Shown: positions 13,489 through 60,007, numbered from the stretch's first letter. The stretch is 64,000 nucleotides of DNA from Eledone cirrhosa (GCA_964016885.1 OZ024750.1:23994001-24058000), one strand, 5' to 3'. Made by a program: numbers and translations. The notes: generated by a model from the letters alone, not told the origin.

Positions 13489-15804
13489 TTTAATCCTTTA
13501 GCATTTACATTACTCTTTATTTACTATTGTATTTTCACAGAAAAGGCTTTACCTCACGTAATATCAAATCTATGATATTTTGATATTTATTTTCAGAACA
13601 ATACCTTAATGTCAGTATGAGTGACCGGTTTGAATAGAAAGAGGTGAGAGGATTCTGGCCAGGTACAGCCGATTTAAATGCTTATGGGTTAAGTAGAACA
13701 TCAACAGTACCAACCCCTTCAAATTCAGAGGAACATGTGAAGGCCACACCTACCAAATAAACAAAAAAAAAAGAGAGTTGCCCAAGGTCACATGCATGTG
13801 GAATTGAAGCTGAAGCCACATTGAAGCAAATTTCTTAACTACCTAACCATACCTGGGTCTTTATATATATATGTATAGAGACTGCATGGCTAAATGTTTA
13901 TCAAGTTCATTTCATGGAGGCACATGGCAATCGAAAGGTTGTGAGTTCAATTCTCAGACCGGGTGATGTGTTGTTTCCTTGAGCAAGACACTTTATTTCA
14001 CATTGCTCCAGTTTACTCAGCTGTAGAAATGAGATGATAGGGACTGGGGTCCCTATCATTCCACTGCAAAGTGGTTGTGGAGGTGCCATTTCAGTGGACC
14101 ACTTATTGCAGGACATGAAACAACTCTGCAGTGAAAAATAGAATCTTATTAATTGCTAATTATAGACTTAATCACCTTCCTAAAACAATCCTCAAAATCT
14201 ATCTCTATATTCTGTACCACAAACATAACAAAGCTTGATGATACATTTGCATCATTTACCAGTCAGAATCTAAAGCTTCACTTAACCCTTTCATGGCTGT
14301 ATTTCTAATGTAATACGCTCTATTACAATTAATGAAGAATTTTTGAGGAGTTTACTAAAATTATTAATTATTTCATTACTAAGATAGTAAAATGGCTGAT
14401 GTTAGGAAGGACATCCAGCTGTAGAAAACTTGCCAAACAAGTTGTCGAGGGCACAACAACCTCCCTTAGTGCTGGTGTCACAATAAAATGCACCCAACAC
14501 ACTATATAAAGTGGTTGGCATAAGAAGAGCATTCAGGAGTAGAAACCTGTCAAATAAAGGGTTGAGAGAAGTTTTCAGTTGTGACAAAGACATGCCAACC
14601 TCTCTAGAGTTGATGTCAATAAAATACACCCAGTACACTCTGTAATATACCAGAACATGTGTAAGCTAAGCGAGTTGCAGGCTCCCTACCCATCTGAGAG
14701 GTCAGTAGTTCTGATTAAGCACTGACAACCCATCCAACCCATGTCAATATGGAAAAGCAGATGTTAAATGATGATGATCAGGTGACATGATGAATAAGTC
14801 TGAAATAAATAGAAATTATTAATAATAATATCAATATCATTATTTTCTAAAATAATTTTAATTCACCTGGAATTTCCGTTTCAAAAGAAAAAAAAATTTA
14901 AATAGAAAAAGTCTGAATATATTCCCAACAAATTTTGAGGTGTGTATGTGTGTTTGAGTACCACAAGTAAGAGGTCTGTGTGAGTCTGAGTAACAAGTGT
15001 GTGTGAGTACCAAGTAGAACATTCTTAGCTGTTTTGGCACTGAGTATTAGACTAGCTGGTAACCCTACCCCGCAAAAAAGGACAACCAAGAATCCATGAA
15101 TAAAATATGTAAAAGAGATATATAGATTTCTCGATATAAAGATATCATGTCGATGATGATGTTATTATCATCATATTTGAATTGTTGTTCCATTAGATAT
15201 TCAATAGTTCCTGACCTTGGAATATATCATTATGGCGAAGGATGTAATCAATTTATTTTTATATTTAAAGGATTTTTTTTTTAAATATTGGAATTGACAG
15301 TCGTTGGGGGCATCTAATGAAAAATATCTTGGTATTCATTCCGGCTCACAAAGTTCTGAGTTCAAACCAAGATCAACTGTACTGTTTGTCCTTTCAAAGT
15401 TAATAATTCAAGTACCAGTCTTGTATTGGGATTGATTCTTCCTTTCTTTGGATGAAATCTGTTGTGTTCAGACCTGGAGAGGGATAGGTTTCAACAGGTT
15501 TAAAACGCCTTTCCAACTCCTTCAAGAGTTAAGGGTCATTTATCTTTTATTCTTGTAAAATTTACAAAACTACAGATGTCTTCCATAGAAGTTGCTTTGA
15601 GTCCATACTTAGGATTTCTTAGCAGGACCACATCACAAATGAGGGCATGGAAAGGGCCCAGCTGAGTAATTTGTAGAAAACTATCACTGTTTGATGACTG
15701 TGACTTGCTCATACAGAATTGTTTATGGTTTGATTTCTACAGCTGGATGCCCTTTCTAATGCCAAATATTGTGGGCTGGGTGCTTTTTATTGTGACACCA
15801 AATG

Positions 15805-16260
15805 TTATGTTATAGATGACAGTGTTATAGATAACACTGTCATAGATGACAGTGTTATAAATGACACTGTTATAGATGACTGTTATGGATGACAGTGTTA
15901 TAGATGACACTGTTATGGTTGACAGTGTTATAGATGACACTGTTATGGTTGACAGTGTTATAGATAACACGGTTATAGTTGACAGTGTTATAGATAACAC
16001 GGTTATAGTTGACAGTGCTATAGATAACACGGTTATAGTTGACAGTGTTATAGATAACACGGTTATAGTTGACAGTGTTATAGATAACACAGTTATAGTT
16101 GACAGTGTTATAGATAACACAGTTATAGTTGACAGTGTTATAGATAACACGGTTATAGTTGACAGTGTTATAGATAACACTGTCATAGATGACAGTGTTA
16201 TAGATAACACTGTCATAGATGACAGTGTTATAGATAACACTGTTATAGTTGACAGTGTTA
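15805..16260. repeat. 30-bp (2x15) minisatellite just 3' of the MAO-like stop codon
   Basis: Unit TAGATAACACGGTTATAGTTGACAGTGTTA. Confidence 0.95.
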
Positions 16261-16305
16261 TTAGACCATTCTTTATGTATACATATTACATAAACTTTGC
16301 CAAGA

Positions 16306-49091
<32,786 letters not shown>

Positions 49092-50069
49092 GTTCCTGTC
49101 TTTTAAAGAGTTTGTAGTTTTTGTTGTTAGTGTTTGTAATTGTTGTTTAGCCCCAGGTCAGTCCTTGCTAAGCAGACCTATGAACCAAAAACGTTCTAGT
49201 CGTAACCATCCCGTTTTTTTATTTTAATTTTTCGTATATCTAACTATTTTTTAAATATAATTTATTCTTCTTTATTTAGACAGTAGGGTACGATTTGAGG
49301 GAGATTTAGATCCTTTTTCTAACAGGTCGAACTGCTGCGTAGTGTTGGTGTCCTCCCGTTAGTTCATTCATACAGAGAGCCGCGTGGGGGGAAGTCCTTG
49401 TGGACGTGAGAAGATGGACTTTAACCATGGAGTCTCGCTGCGTGCTTTCTCACACACGTACCGACTCGGTGAAGAGCTTAGCAAATGTCCTTCGCTATGC
49501 CGTTAACACATTTGGAATAGACTGTACAATATAAATAAGCAGCTTCGGTTTACAATCTAAATAACCTTCTAGTTCTCTTTCTTTTTCAGTTTCACCTACA
49601 GGCTGTTAAGCTGTGATATAAAAATCTGTATATATATATATATATTCTATCTATATCTCTATTTTAACTTTCTTCAATAAATCTTATGCAGTCACATATG
49701 TTAACATATTCACACACACATAATCATACACATACACACAATCACTTTTACATGAACAATTATATACACACACAATCACTTTCACATACACATCACAAAC
49801 TTAAACAATCGCAATGATGCACACACACACTTAGCTAGATACAAAATCTCCCTTCCCCCCTACAAAATCAGATGAAAGAGATTACAAATATAAACACGCA
49901 CCATACAACCTCACCCCCTCTCTCTCTCTGCCATTGTGTTGCTACAGAAACTCATACATACTTATATATATATATATATATATGGAAAGTTATATTTAAA
50001 TTGTTGGGTTACAACTAGTAAATATTAATAACTGATATAAAAGCACTCGACAAGTATTTGGAGTATATT

Positions 50070-50438
50070 TACGATATTAAATAAATGGAAACTATATTTA
50101 TAAAACCATATTTATTTCGTTATATATATTTCAGGGATATCATATTAACAATATGCTATGCCTTCCTCAGACAAAATACAATATAAACAGTTTTATAGAT
50201 AAATAGATTTGACATACCGTACAACATCGACTTGTATTTGAAAAGTTGAATTGGCAGTTCAACTTTTCAAATACAAGTCGATGTTGTACGGTATGTCAAA
50301 TCTATTTATCTATAAAACTGTTTATATTGTATTTTGTCTGAGGAAGGCATAGCATATTGTTAATATGATATCCCTGAAATATATATAACGAAATAAATAT
50401 GGTTTTATAAATATAGTTTCCATTTATTTAATATCGTA
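50070..50438. repeat. Palindrome, ~181-bp arms, 7-nt spacer, hammerhead family A
   Basis: Apparently perfect reverse complement about 50251-50257; preceded by a ~90-bp leader after (TA)n. Confidence 0.92.
50330..50395 (+). ncRNA. Minimal type-I hammerhead ribozyme motif (mirror copy on - at 50113-50178)
   Basis: UAUUUUGU-CUGAGGA-AGGCAUAGCAUAUU..AAUAUGAUAUCCCU-GAAA-UAUAUAUA^-ACGAAAUA; compensatory G-C in stem I relative to the other copies. Confidence 0.8.
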
Positions 50439-50538
50439 TATATATATATATGTAAAAGTTCTATTTAAATTGTTGGGATACAACAAGCAAATATTTTTAT
50501 AACAGATATAAAGCACTCAACAAATTATGGGAGTAAAA

Positions 50539-50890
50539 ATACGATATATTAACAAATGGAAACTATATTTATAAAACCTTATTTATTTCATTATACATAT
50601 TTCAAGGACACCAAGTTAAATTATGGTGTGCTTTCATCAGATAAAATATAATATAGATCAGTTTTATAACTAAATATTGACATACCCTTAAAGAATGCGA
50701 CCATTTCTGTTGGAAGCTCCCTAAATGGTCGCATTCTTTAAGGGTATGTCAATATTTATTTATAAAACTGATCTATATTATATTTTATCTGATGAAAGCA
50801 CACCATAATTTAACTTGGTGTCCTTGAAATATGTATAATGAAATAAATATGGTTTTATAAATATAGTTTCCATTTGTTAATATATCGTAT
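50539..50890. repeat. Palindrome, ~168-bp arms, 16-nt spacer, hammerhead family A
   Basis: About 2 mismatches between arms; preceded by a homologous leader after (TA)n. Confidence 0.92.
50781..50845 (+). ncRNA. Minimal type-I hammerhead ribozyme motif (mirror copy on - at 50584-50648)
   Basis: UAUUUUAU-CUGAUGA-AAGCACACCA..UGGUGUCCUU-GAAA-U AUGU A UA^-AUGAAAUA; stems I, II and short III pair. Confidence 0.8.
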
Positions 50891-51734
50891 ATACGTATGT
50901 ATGTATTCTTTTAGTTTTTCTCTCTTTCACCCACGCCCATACACGCATATATATATATATTTAGAGAGGGGAAAGAGTTAAAAATACTTAAGGGAAATAT
51001 GGATACTCAAGCTGGTGTAGTGTAGCCAAATGGTATTGGCGGCAGTGTTGTAGTGGTAGTGTTAGTGTTGGTTGTAGTATTGTAGGGTGGTATTGCTTTT
51101 GTGGCGGCGTTGTGATAATATTGTGGTATTGGTGGTAGCGGTAGTAGTTAAACGAGAGTCAATATATTTAATACAGAGATAATTAAAAGTTATAAACTAA
51201 GATAAACTGTGGTTAGAAAAAAATGCTGTCAAGTATGTTTTGTTTGTTTTGTTTTTTTGGTTATTTTTACAGCAAATGTTCGAGAAAACTTAGGATTTGT
51301 TTCAACTTTACTAGGGATCATTAACAGGAGCGAATTAATAGATCATTAACAGTCGTTAAATGCTTCAGTGTTTGTCCCGGTTCTCTGTGTTCTGAGTTCA
51401 AATCCCTTTGAAGTCAACTTTGCCTTTCGGGGTCAACTTTGCCTTTTCGGGGTCGATAAAGTACAGTCAAGAATCGGATGTGATGCTTCGCGGTATCTGA
51501 TCTGGTTCTGTGCATTCTGAGTTCAAATTCTGCTTCCTTCTGCCATGTGTAGAATCAGCAATGAAAAGACCGATAGAAACAGTTTCTTTGACCCAATTTA
51601 AAGATACCCCCCCTATTTTAACAGAAGCTTATTCTTGCTATAACTGACAGAAGTATTATATAACTGACAAAAGTATTATTTAAAGAAATGTAGAAATTGT
51701 TGTAATTAGCGAAAGCCCCACATGATACCCCCGC

Positions 51735-52170
51735 CCCTGATCTCAAGGATCAATCACCCCCATTATGTCACTCCATGTCGAAGTCAGTCATTAACATGGG
51801 TGAGCGGGGTTCCCGTTGAGCTCTCTGCATAGTTGTAGCAGCGCTTTTATTCTCTTCTCCAAAGTCTGTCAGATCAACGACTCTGCGGACACTACACAAA
51901 AAGTCGTTGGCAGCTAATTCCGCCAATGTTTGTTGATATAAAATAAGGAAATTTGGTACTACTATAACGCGAGGTCTTACTGGGACATTTTCACTACAGA
52001 TAGCTGTTAACCAGAATTTTTTATCGCTAAGACAGGTGGAAGGGCAGTGCCCATCAATAGTTTTTATAGGACTCCAAGACGGGTAACAGAGAGAAAGGAA
52101 AGAGGGTAACATCAAACTAGAGATCTGGCCAGAATACATGCAGCTAGAGCAAACTCCGATAAAGGCATCC
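51735..52170 (-). mobile_element. Possible degraded piggyBac-like transposase fragment
   Basis: 134-aa ORF without splice context, followed by an out-of-frame MGVIDP*DQ resembling MGGVD-DQ; weak. Confidence 0.25.
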
Positions 52171-52292
52171 AAGAGCCAGGTGGTGGTGTCAAACGGGGTG
52201 ATTGATTAAATCTACGACCAAAGCAGGCTAAAAAGTTGTTTAAACTTGGCATGCACAAAGCCAGAACAATTCCACAATGTTATTTTATTATA

Positions 52293-52953
52293 TCACCTAT
52301 ATATATAAAAAGACGTTTATTGGTTGACTTGGTGGTTGGTTGAACCCCCCCCCCCCTCCTCCACACACACACACACGCCTAAAGAGAGAGAGACCATTAT
52401 ACAGAGATACAATTAAAGTGTTAGATATTCAGAGAGAGAGTAACGTCCCACGAAAGTCTAGAAACGGTTTAAACTATAGATCCTTTGATCTATAGGAAGG
52501 TTTAACTATATTGCTTTAGCTTTCATAAAGTCGTTTTACAATCTTTGATTTTACAGAACAGAGAAAAATTGATACTATTTGAAATTATTCTACCCTCCAG
52601 CTTTTATCCATATACTACTTGCAGACCGTATTAACGAAATTAAACACTTCAAAAGCAATGTTATGCGGTATATTGCTGCGTTTCAGATGACGTCCTTTTG
52701 AGCTGAAAAAGATCTTACTGGCTATGGTTATTTCACAATATTTAAAATCCAAGGACAATGCTACCTTTTAATCGGCAGTTTACTCCCCCAGCCTAATAAG
52801 GAAGTTTTATGATTGTTTTGTTTATGTCTCTCTCACACACCCACACATTACGGTCTCACTTCATACCAGACAACACATCCAATACAGTCGTTTTCTCTTT
52901 TATCCATCTTCTCTTAACTATTCTCCCGGGCGAAGCCGGGTACCTCAGCATAT
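52293..52953 (+). mobile_element. Internally deleted Helitron
   Basis: 52642-52794 translates KHFKSNVMRYIAAFQMTSF*AE..FKIQGQCYLLIGSLLP (Helitron Rep-associated N-terminal motif); 3' hairpin CCCGGGCGAAGCCGGG at 52925-52940; candidate 5' TC. Confidence 0.75.
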
Positions 52954-53229
52954 GAAATATAATATTAAGTGCAGTTGCAAGCATTCAGTGTAAACTGTTG
53001 GTTCTGATCTTATTTCTGCGGACATTGGCTTATCAATGATACCACACTGGTAGGAAGGCAACTTTAAAGGTCATATTAATTCATTCCTCCTTGTAGTTGT
53101 TATATAATCCTCACTGAGCAGAGCTATGATCAAAATCATTCTAACCGTGACCATCCTGTCTTTTTAAGAATACCTAGGAGCATATTATTCAATGTTTATT
53201 TTTCCTTTTATGTTTTTTTTAAAGATCAT

Positions 53230-53590
53230 CATCCGGCGGCCTCAGCCGAAATCAATTCAACAATAGATATCCACGTGAGTCCTATCGTTCATTGCCTGTC
53301 GTTCAAGTCCTGGGTTTCAATACCAGAATCTCTGGAGATGACATCGGGATAGGAGAGCTTGCGCCCCCTGATATTAGTGACTGCTTGTGATTTCCAAAGC
53401 ACTAACTTTCATAGGTGGCACGATGGCAGTGGCCAGCAAATCTTACTCTCCTTTTACGTACAACGACAGATATGCGTGGGAGGCCGGCATATATTTCTTT
53501 CAAAGTCAGATGTCGCCACCTTATGTTCTGAATGCGTTGGAGCAGGCGAGTGTAGGTGCCATCAATGCGCTTTTGATGTTTGAAAGATAG
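53230..53590 (-). mobile_element. RTE-like LINE 3' fragment
   Basis: RIDGTYTRLLQRIQNIRW...VRFAGHCHR...RGRKLSYPDVI. Confidence 0.78.
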
Positions 53591-56500
53591 TAGGGTGTGA
53601 TTTAACACAGATATGGTTCCTAATCCTAGCAGGTCGAGTGAACTCATACTTTCTCTCGTTGGCTCCTACATATGTAGGTTCTGAAAGCAAACTTACAAAC
53701 AAAGGCATTTCAATAATGACTATTCCGTCTTTTTATGTGTGCTAGGATTTTTTTCAACACGCTGACGCGTATGTGTGTATGTGCATATGTATATATTTAT
53801 ATGTATGAGTATATAAATATAAACGTGCAAACACAGACACACTTACAAAAATACACACTCAGACATACATTCACACAAATACATACAATGAAACGCTAGC
53901 TATTTTGCTATAGTTTTTTCATCACTCCCTGCCTTCCTTTTACACACAAATACATTCACGCAGGCAGCAGACGTAAAGAGAGAGGAGTAGTAAGAGGTAG
54001 TCAAACTACTCCTCTCTCTTTACATGTTGTGACAGAATCGCAGAAATTTATATATAGATGTTGGGCTATGGCAGTATCGGTAGAGGGTCAGACGCCGTGC
54101 TTTGCAGCAAAGAGTTACGGCCCTTTATGGTCTGAGTTCAAATCCCGCCGAGGTTAACTTTGCCTTTCATCCCTACGGGGGTCGATAAAATAAAGTACCA
54201 GTAATACACTGGGATAATTTCTGGCCTTGTGCCAAAAGTAGAAACAATTATCTAAAGTGTCCTATCCGTGCCTTTCCCAAGACAATACAGTAGGATTTGA
54301 AAGATATTTGAAAGATATTCGGCTGCTATTTCAAGTAGATTGAGCGAACATATAGAGGCTCCATCAAATATGGTGATTTTTATTATGAAACAAGTTGACG
54401 TCATTGTCTACGACAAACAGATAAGAATGAAAGATACATATAGCTACACAGGCGAATAGATAGATTAATACGTACTATTTTATTTCTAATATATTATTTT
54501 ATACAATCCCCTTACTTGTTCCAGTCATTAGACTACGACCATGATGGTGCACCGCCTCGAAGGGATGTAGTCGATCCCAGTTCTTATCATTTACAAGTCT
54601 GGTACTTATTTTATCGATCTCTTTTTGTCAAACTACTAATTTACAGGGCATAAGCAAACATTGAATGTAAATACACACACACACACACAAGATGTCTAAA
54701 AGGGTATTTGGAAATCAATTATAATTCATTTACCTTTAATAAATATTTAAATAGCTAGCTGAATGTTGCGACTCCTTACACACACAGACACACACACATA
54801 TATACATACATACATACATACATGGTGGCTGCCAACTCGTTTTCGAGTACGGCCACTACTTTATATCCATGTAGGAGAACCCCCACCGATACGCTGAACG
54901 AGTGTGACTTTTTAGTCCAGCCAGCGACTTGAAAACTCTGGTACAAACACTACACTTGTGACAATTATTGACACATAGTGCTGGGCCCATGGTACCATGT
55001 GACGACAAGTGCAGAGAGATCTCTAGATATAAAGCAATGCCTGTGCCGTGAAGCTTTTATAGTGATCAAAGGCACTGCACAAAGCCAGTCCCACTCTCTT
55101 AACCAAGATGATATTTACCAAAAAGAAGAACAAGTCAACATCATACATACATACATACATACAGAGAAATTTTGCAAGGCGGTACAAGACCCCTTTGGGG
55201 CCCGAAGCAGGTAAAGATTTTTTTATTAAAATGAATGTTGCATGGTTGCTTAGGGCCTTGTTAGCTATTGGGCTCGGGAACAAAGTACCGGATGCCCCCC
55301 TCCCCCATAGGCCCTGGATATATATATATATATGTGTGTATGTGTGTGTGTTAAGTATTTCCGTAGAAAAGGTAAAGGAAAGAAGGGTGCTCTGTGTATA
55401 GGTCAGAACTATTTAATTTTTGGTAATGTAATATTTATATTGTGTTGTTTATTATGTAATTAAATATGTGTGTGTGTGTTCGCGGAATCGTAAATATCTT
55501 CCGCGCTTTTTTTAATGTTTTTTTCGTGGCAATATTCTTAACGCTAAATTATTAATAATAATATATTGTATTTGCTGACCTATTGGGTGCTCTCTCTTCT
55601 TTTTTAAAATTATATATTACGTTATATTTAGACGTTTATAGACATCTTTATGGATCATGTCCAATATTCGCGGTTCTAAACTCTTTGTGGGTGCTCTAGG
55701 AACTTAAGCTTCCCGAATACCGGAGGACAACTGTATATCTAGCGAATCTAAGCAAAGTTATTTGAACTTTTGTTACCCAGTTAGCTAAATAGGTCATTTC
55801 AACCACCCACACTGACCTTTTGGGCTCATAGATAATTACTTCCTTTGTTTTGGGACTCGTGTCAAGAGGAGTGGTTAAATAGAGGCCATCTGCTCGGGAG
55901 AATTAAGGAGCAGTTTAATATTTCTCTCATTGAAATGTTGAAGTAATAGAGATTAATCTCCCCTGCTGCTATTTTTTTAGAGTAAATAACCTAACTCCCT
56001 AAAACCATAAATATATACATTAATCTCTTCAAAGTCTAATACTTTAACATAAAATCAATCACTAAACCCCAAACTCTACAAACGATACCCTAACACTGAT
56101 CGCTAAATAGTGTAACAAACTTAACCCCAAATGAAAAAGAGAGGCTAAAATGGTTCGCATGAAATAATTTCAACATTATATACCCTAACACCAAATCTAA
56201 TCATTAACAGCTAACCCCGAAATTAAAATCGATTTCTCATAGCAGGGATATAACTATTAATTAATTGTTTCTACTTTTGGCACAAGACCAGCAATTATTT
56301 CAGTACATTAAGGGTGCTTTATTTTATCGACCTCGTAAGGATGAAAGGCCAAGCTAACCTCGGCGAGATTTGAACCTAGAACGTAAAGGGCTATAACTCT
56401 ATGCTGCAAAGCTGTACCAATACTATTAATTAATGGAGCAGAAAACATACGGTGATTGCTCTATAGTCTTAACACTAACTTCTATATGATTGTAAACACA

Positions 56501-56866
56501 TTAATTTAAATTTAGGGGGTGCACTTAATATTGATCTTAATAGCTAATTCCTAAATTCAAACCCCAACAAAAACTAACGCTAACCTTAAACCCTAACCAT
56601 GACCATGAACATTACCGCTAACCTTAAAGCAACAAACCTATGCGCCCTCCCTCTAAACCCCTTCGATGTCCTAGCAATAACCATAACATATATAATTGCC
56701 CAGGCATCAAATCAAATTCTCTGTCAGGTCTAACTTTAATTCTAACCTTAACAGCAAACCCCAATAAACCAAAACATTAAGCTTAAACTAACTCCTACAG
56801 CCACTCGCTGTCCTATCCCTAATCATAACATTTATAATTGACCGTGCATAAAAACAAATTTAATAT

Positions 56867-57056
56867 AATTGTTTCTACTTTTGGCACAAGGCCAGCAATT
56901 ACCCAGTGCATTACTGGTACTTTATTTTATCGACCCCGTAAGGATGAAAGGCAAAGTTAACCTCGGCGGGATTTGAACTGAGAATGGCAAGGGCCGTAAC
57001 TCTATGCGTCAAAGCATGGCGTCCGACCCTCTACCGATACTGCCAATCCAGCACCC
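56867..57056 (-). mobile_element. tRNA-derived SINE family 1 (full-length); copies also ~4221, 5283, 18087, 54063 (+) and 27427, 30953, 31360, 44943, 56263 (-)
   Basis: A box TGGCAGTATCGG, B box GTTCAAATCC, shared body and tail GGCCTTGTGCCAAAAGTAGAAACAATTA. Confidence 0.88.
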
Positions 57057-57304
57057 AAAACAAATTTAATATAATACGTTTAAAATGCAAGGGAGATAAC
57101 TTTTAAAAGAAGTAAACTCCCTTTAAACGGTAATTGGTATGAACAAATCAGATACATATGACCAACCAGATATATAATAGAAGGAAGAAAACTACTAATT
57201 AATGCAGCAGAAAACATACAGTTACTGCTCTATATAATTCAGGCATGGGCAACATTTTCGAGCAGTAGACCGCATAGAATGTGGCTCATCATAAAGTGGG
57301 CTGC

Positions 57305-58790
57305 ACAACTTAGGCAAAATTCAAGGCCGCTCTCAAGAAGCTAAAAAACGGCGAAGCACCAGGTATTTGCAGTATAACGGCAGAGATACTGAAAGCAGAG
57401 ACGGGGGGTGGGGTGGGGGATCTCATACTATGGTTGAAGCACATCATCAATCATGTATGGATCAACGAGAGTCTACCTGATGACTGGACAAGGGGTATTA
57501 TCCTTCCATTCTGGAAGAGAAAGGAAGACCAACTAATGTGCAGTAATCACAAAGTAATCACCCTGCTCTCAATACCAGGATCTCGCTGCAGGCGTCGCTC
57601 CCAGTAGGCGGGATTCATACCCAATCGCTCCACAATTGATTACATCTCCGCTGTCAGACTTATCATCGAAAAGTCCGGAGAATTCTGATAAGGCCGTCAT
57701 ATATACATCGGCTTCATAGACCTGAAAGTCCCGTTCGACGCGGTAGAGCACGTATCCTCGTGGAATATCCCGAAGACCCTAGAAGCCTCGCCCAAGATCA
57801 TCTCTCTCTCTCTCTTCGAGAAGCTGTACAGCAGAGCGGAGAGCTGTATCCGTTTCAACGAGAACGAATCAGAATGATTCTCCATCAAGAGCGGAGTTAG
57901 AAAAGGAAGCATGGCCGTGTCCAACCTGTTCAACTGCCTTATAAATTATCTGATGACACAGGTCTGCCAACATGTTCCCGGCGTGTGGGTCGGAAGCTAG
58001 AACCTCACCGACACCGAGTACGCGGACGACACTGCAATGTTTTCAGGGACCGCGGAACAGCTGAAGACCGCCCTAAAGGTATTTAAGGAGGAGGCAGAAA
58101 AGCTCGGGCTCAAGGTAAACTGGAAGAAGACGGAGCTCATGCACGTGGGAGATGGACCAAACCCTGTATCTTTCACCTTCGACAATACGGAGTTGAAATT
58201 TGTCTCTACGTTCGTCTACTTGGGCTCTACTGTTAGTCAAACTGGCGAACTTCTCGATATCAATCGGAGACGTGGAATTGCAGCTGGAGTAATGTTATTT
58301 CTCGACCGGCCGCTGTGGAAACGAAGATCTGTTTCCAGACACTCCAATATCCACGCATACAACGCATCGGTTGTCTCAGCCATTCCCTACGGGTCGGAGA
58401 CTTGGTCGCTTAACAAGACCCTAGCGGCCCGCCTGGATGAGTTCGACAGCGAGGCTAAAGAAGATCAAAATAATACGCTGGTCTCAACATGTCACCAACG
58501 TCGAACTACGTCAGCGAACCTGACAGCCCTCAGCCTCAACCCTTGCTGCGCGTAAACGCGTCAGATTGTGTGGACACCTCCTATGTTTCCCTCCTGGCCA
58601 TCCGTGCCATCCTTGACTTCGACCCCCCGAGCTGCAAGATGGAGACGCCCGGGAGGATGACTGGATACTCTTGCCAAGGACCTTCAAGCCTGTTAAGTTC
58701 AAATGCCACAAGCACAACAACTCGCCAACGACCGAGGAGGATTGATGGCACTAATGAACACGGTTGACTCAACGCGCTAGCTTGCAGCGC
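57305..58790 (+). mobile_element. Degraded RTE-type non-LTR retrotransposon RT region
   Basis: Frameshifted KLKNGEAPGI, LPDDWTRGIILPFWK, FIDLKVPFDAV, EYADDTAMF, FVYLGS, YGSETW. Confidence 0.88.
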
Positions 58791-59718
58791 ACAAGTGAAA
58801 AGAAACTAAAACAGTACTAATCTAGATCTAAACAACAATAGTAGCCACAGATGATTACAGCCAGAGTAATGACCTAGGGCTATCAGTGAGATTTGATCAT
58901 AGACACGGTACTGACCTAGGGCTAAATAACGATAACAGCCAGAGTTGATGATAACCACTGTACCGAGCTAGGGCTAAACAACAATAGCAGCCAATAAGTA
59001 GATTTCACGGAACATATGTTTTGGAAATTAATAAGAGACTTATATAATGGTTTAATGATTCTTTCTAACATTGTCACAAGACCAGTAATTTGGAGGAATG
59101 GAAAGATGATTAAATCGATCTTAGTACTTAACTGGGTTAGGGTTATTTTATTGACTCAAGAAAGATGAAAGGTAAAGTTGAACTCTGCGGAATTTTAAAT
59201 GAGCAATAACTAAATATCGCAAAGCATTTTGTCAGTTCTAACCATTCTGCCAACCCGCCGCCCCTAATGGTTTAATAATAATAATAATAAAACTATCCCT
59301 TTTCTTTTATTTCTCCCTGTAGTGATTTTCTACTTAGATATCTCTATTCATTCTAATCTTCCCAGGGTTTTAGAATTCAAATAATATTTCCCTCGTTATT
59401 GTTTCAATTCTATGTAAACATTTCCTAACACAAAAATTAGTATCACTGAATTCTTGAAAAGTTGACGTATTCGTTAGTTTCGTAATTTTTATTTCGTAAT
59501 TTATTTTTTATTGTGAATAATCGTCAAAAGTACAAACATTTAAGCAATTACTATTTTATTTCAAAAGATTCACGAATTAATATATTTAAAGAAAAATATT
59601 ATTAAAGAAATTACTATTTGGAATTATCTTCCCTTGGCTACGTCTTCTACTGTTTGAAGGTAGATTGTAGTATTAAGCTGTAAATAGTAGCAGACAGGAA
59701 AGTAAAGCCACATGATTG

Positions 59719-59726
59719 TGACGTCA
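59719..59726. promoter_or_regulatory. Perfect CRE palindrome TGACGTCA ~280 bp upstream of KIF3A ATG
   Basis: Exact consensus in a locally less AT-rich upstream segment; function untested. Confidence 0.4.
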
Positions 59727-60007
59727 GATTATCTGACATTTAGTGACACTGCATAATAGCAGAGGAACGGCTACTTACGCTACACGAAAGATGGTATCCA
59801 AGCAGTCATTCTATACGGCACCACCGATATTTTTTAATTTTACACTGACTGCACTTCAGTTGGAGTACCAGAAGTACCAGTCTACGCTTTTTCATTTTTA
59901 ATCTACTCAAACCTTCCTGTTGATTTTTATTTACTGTAGAACAAAAATAACGATCGTCTTTCGTTACTTACAGTGTTTATTTTGTATTGAAAGAAACAAC
60001 AAAGAAA

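Noticed and set aside
56867-57056. tRNA gene
   Set aside because: A and B boxes belong to a multicopy SINE head; no cloverleaf
59628-59641. RFX X-box upstream of KIF3A
   Set aside because: Only one good half-site (GTAGCC); too weak to call
59987-60007. ORF-track start of KIF3A
   Set aside because: TTG codon; the first in-frame ATG is at 60008
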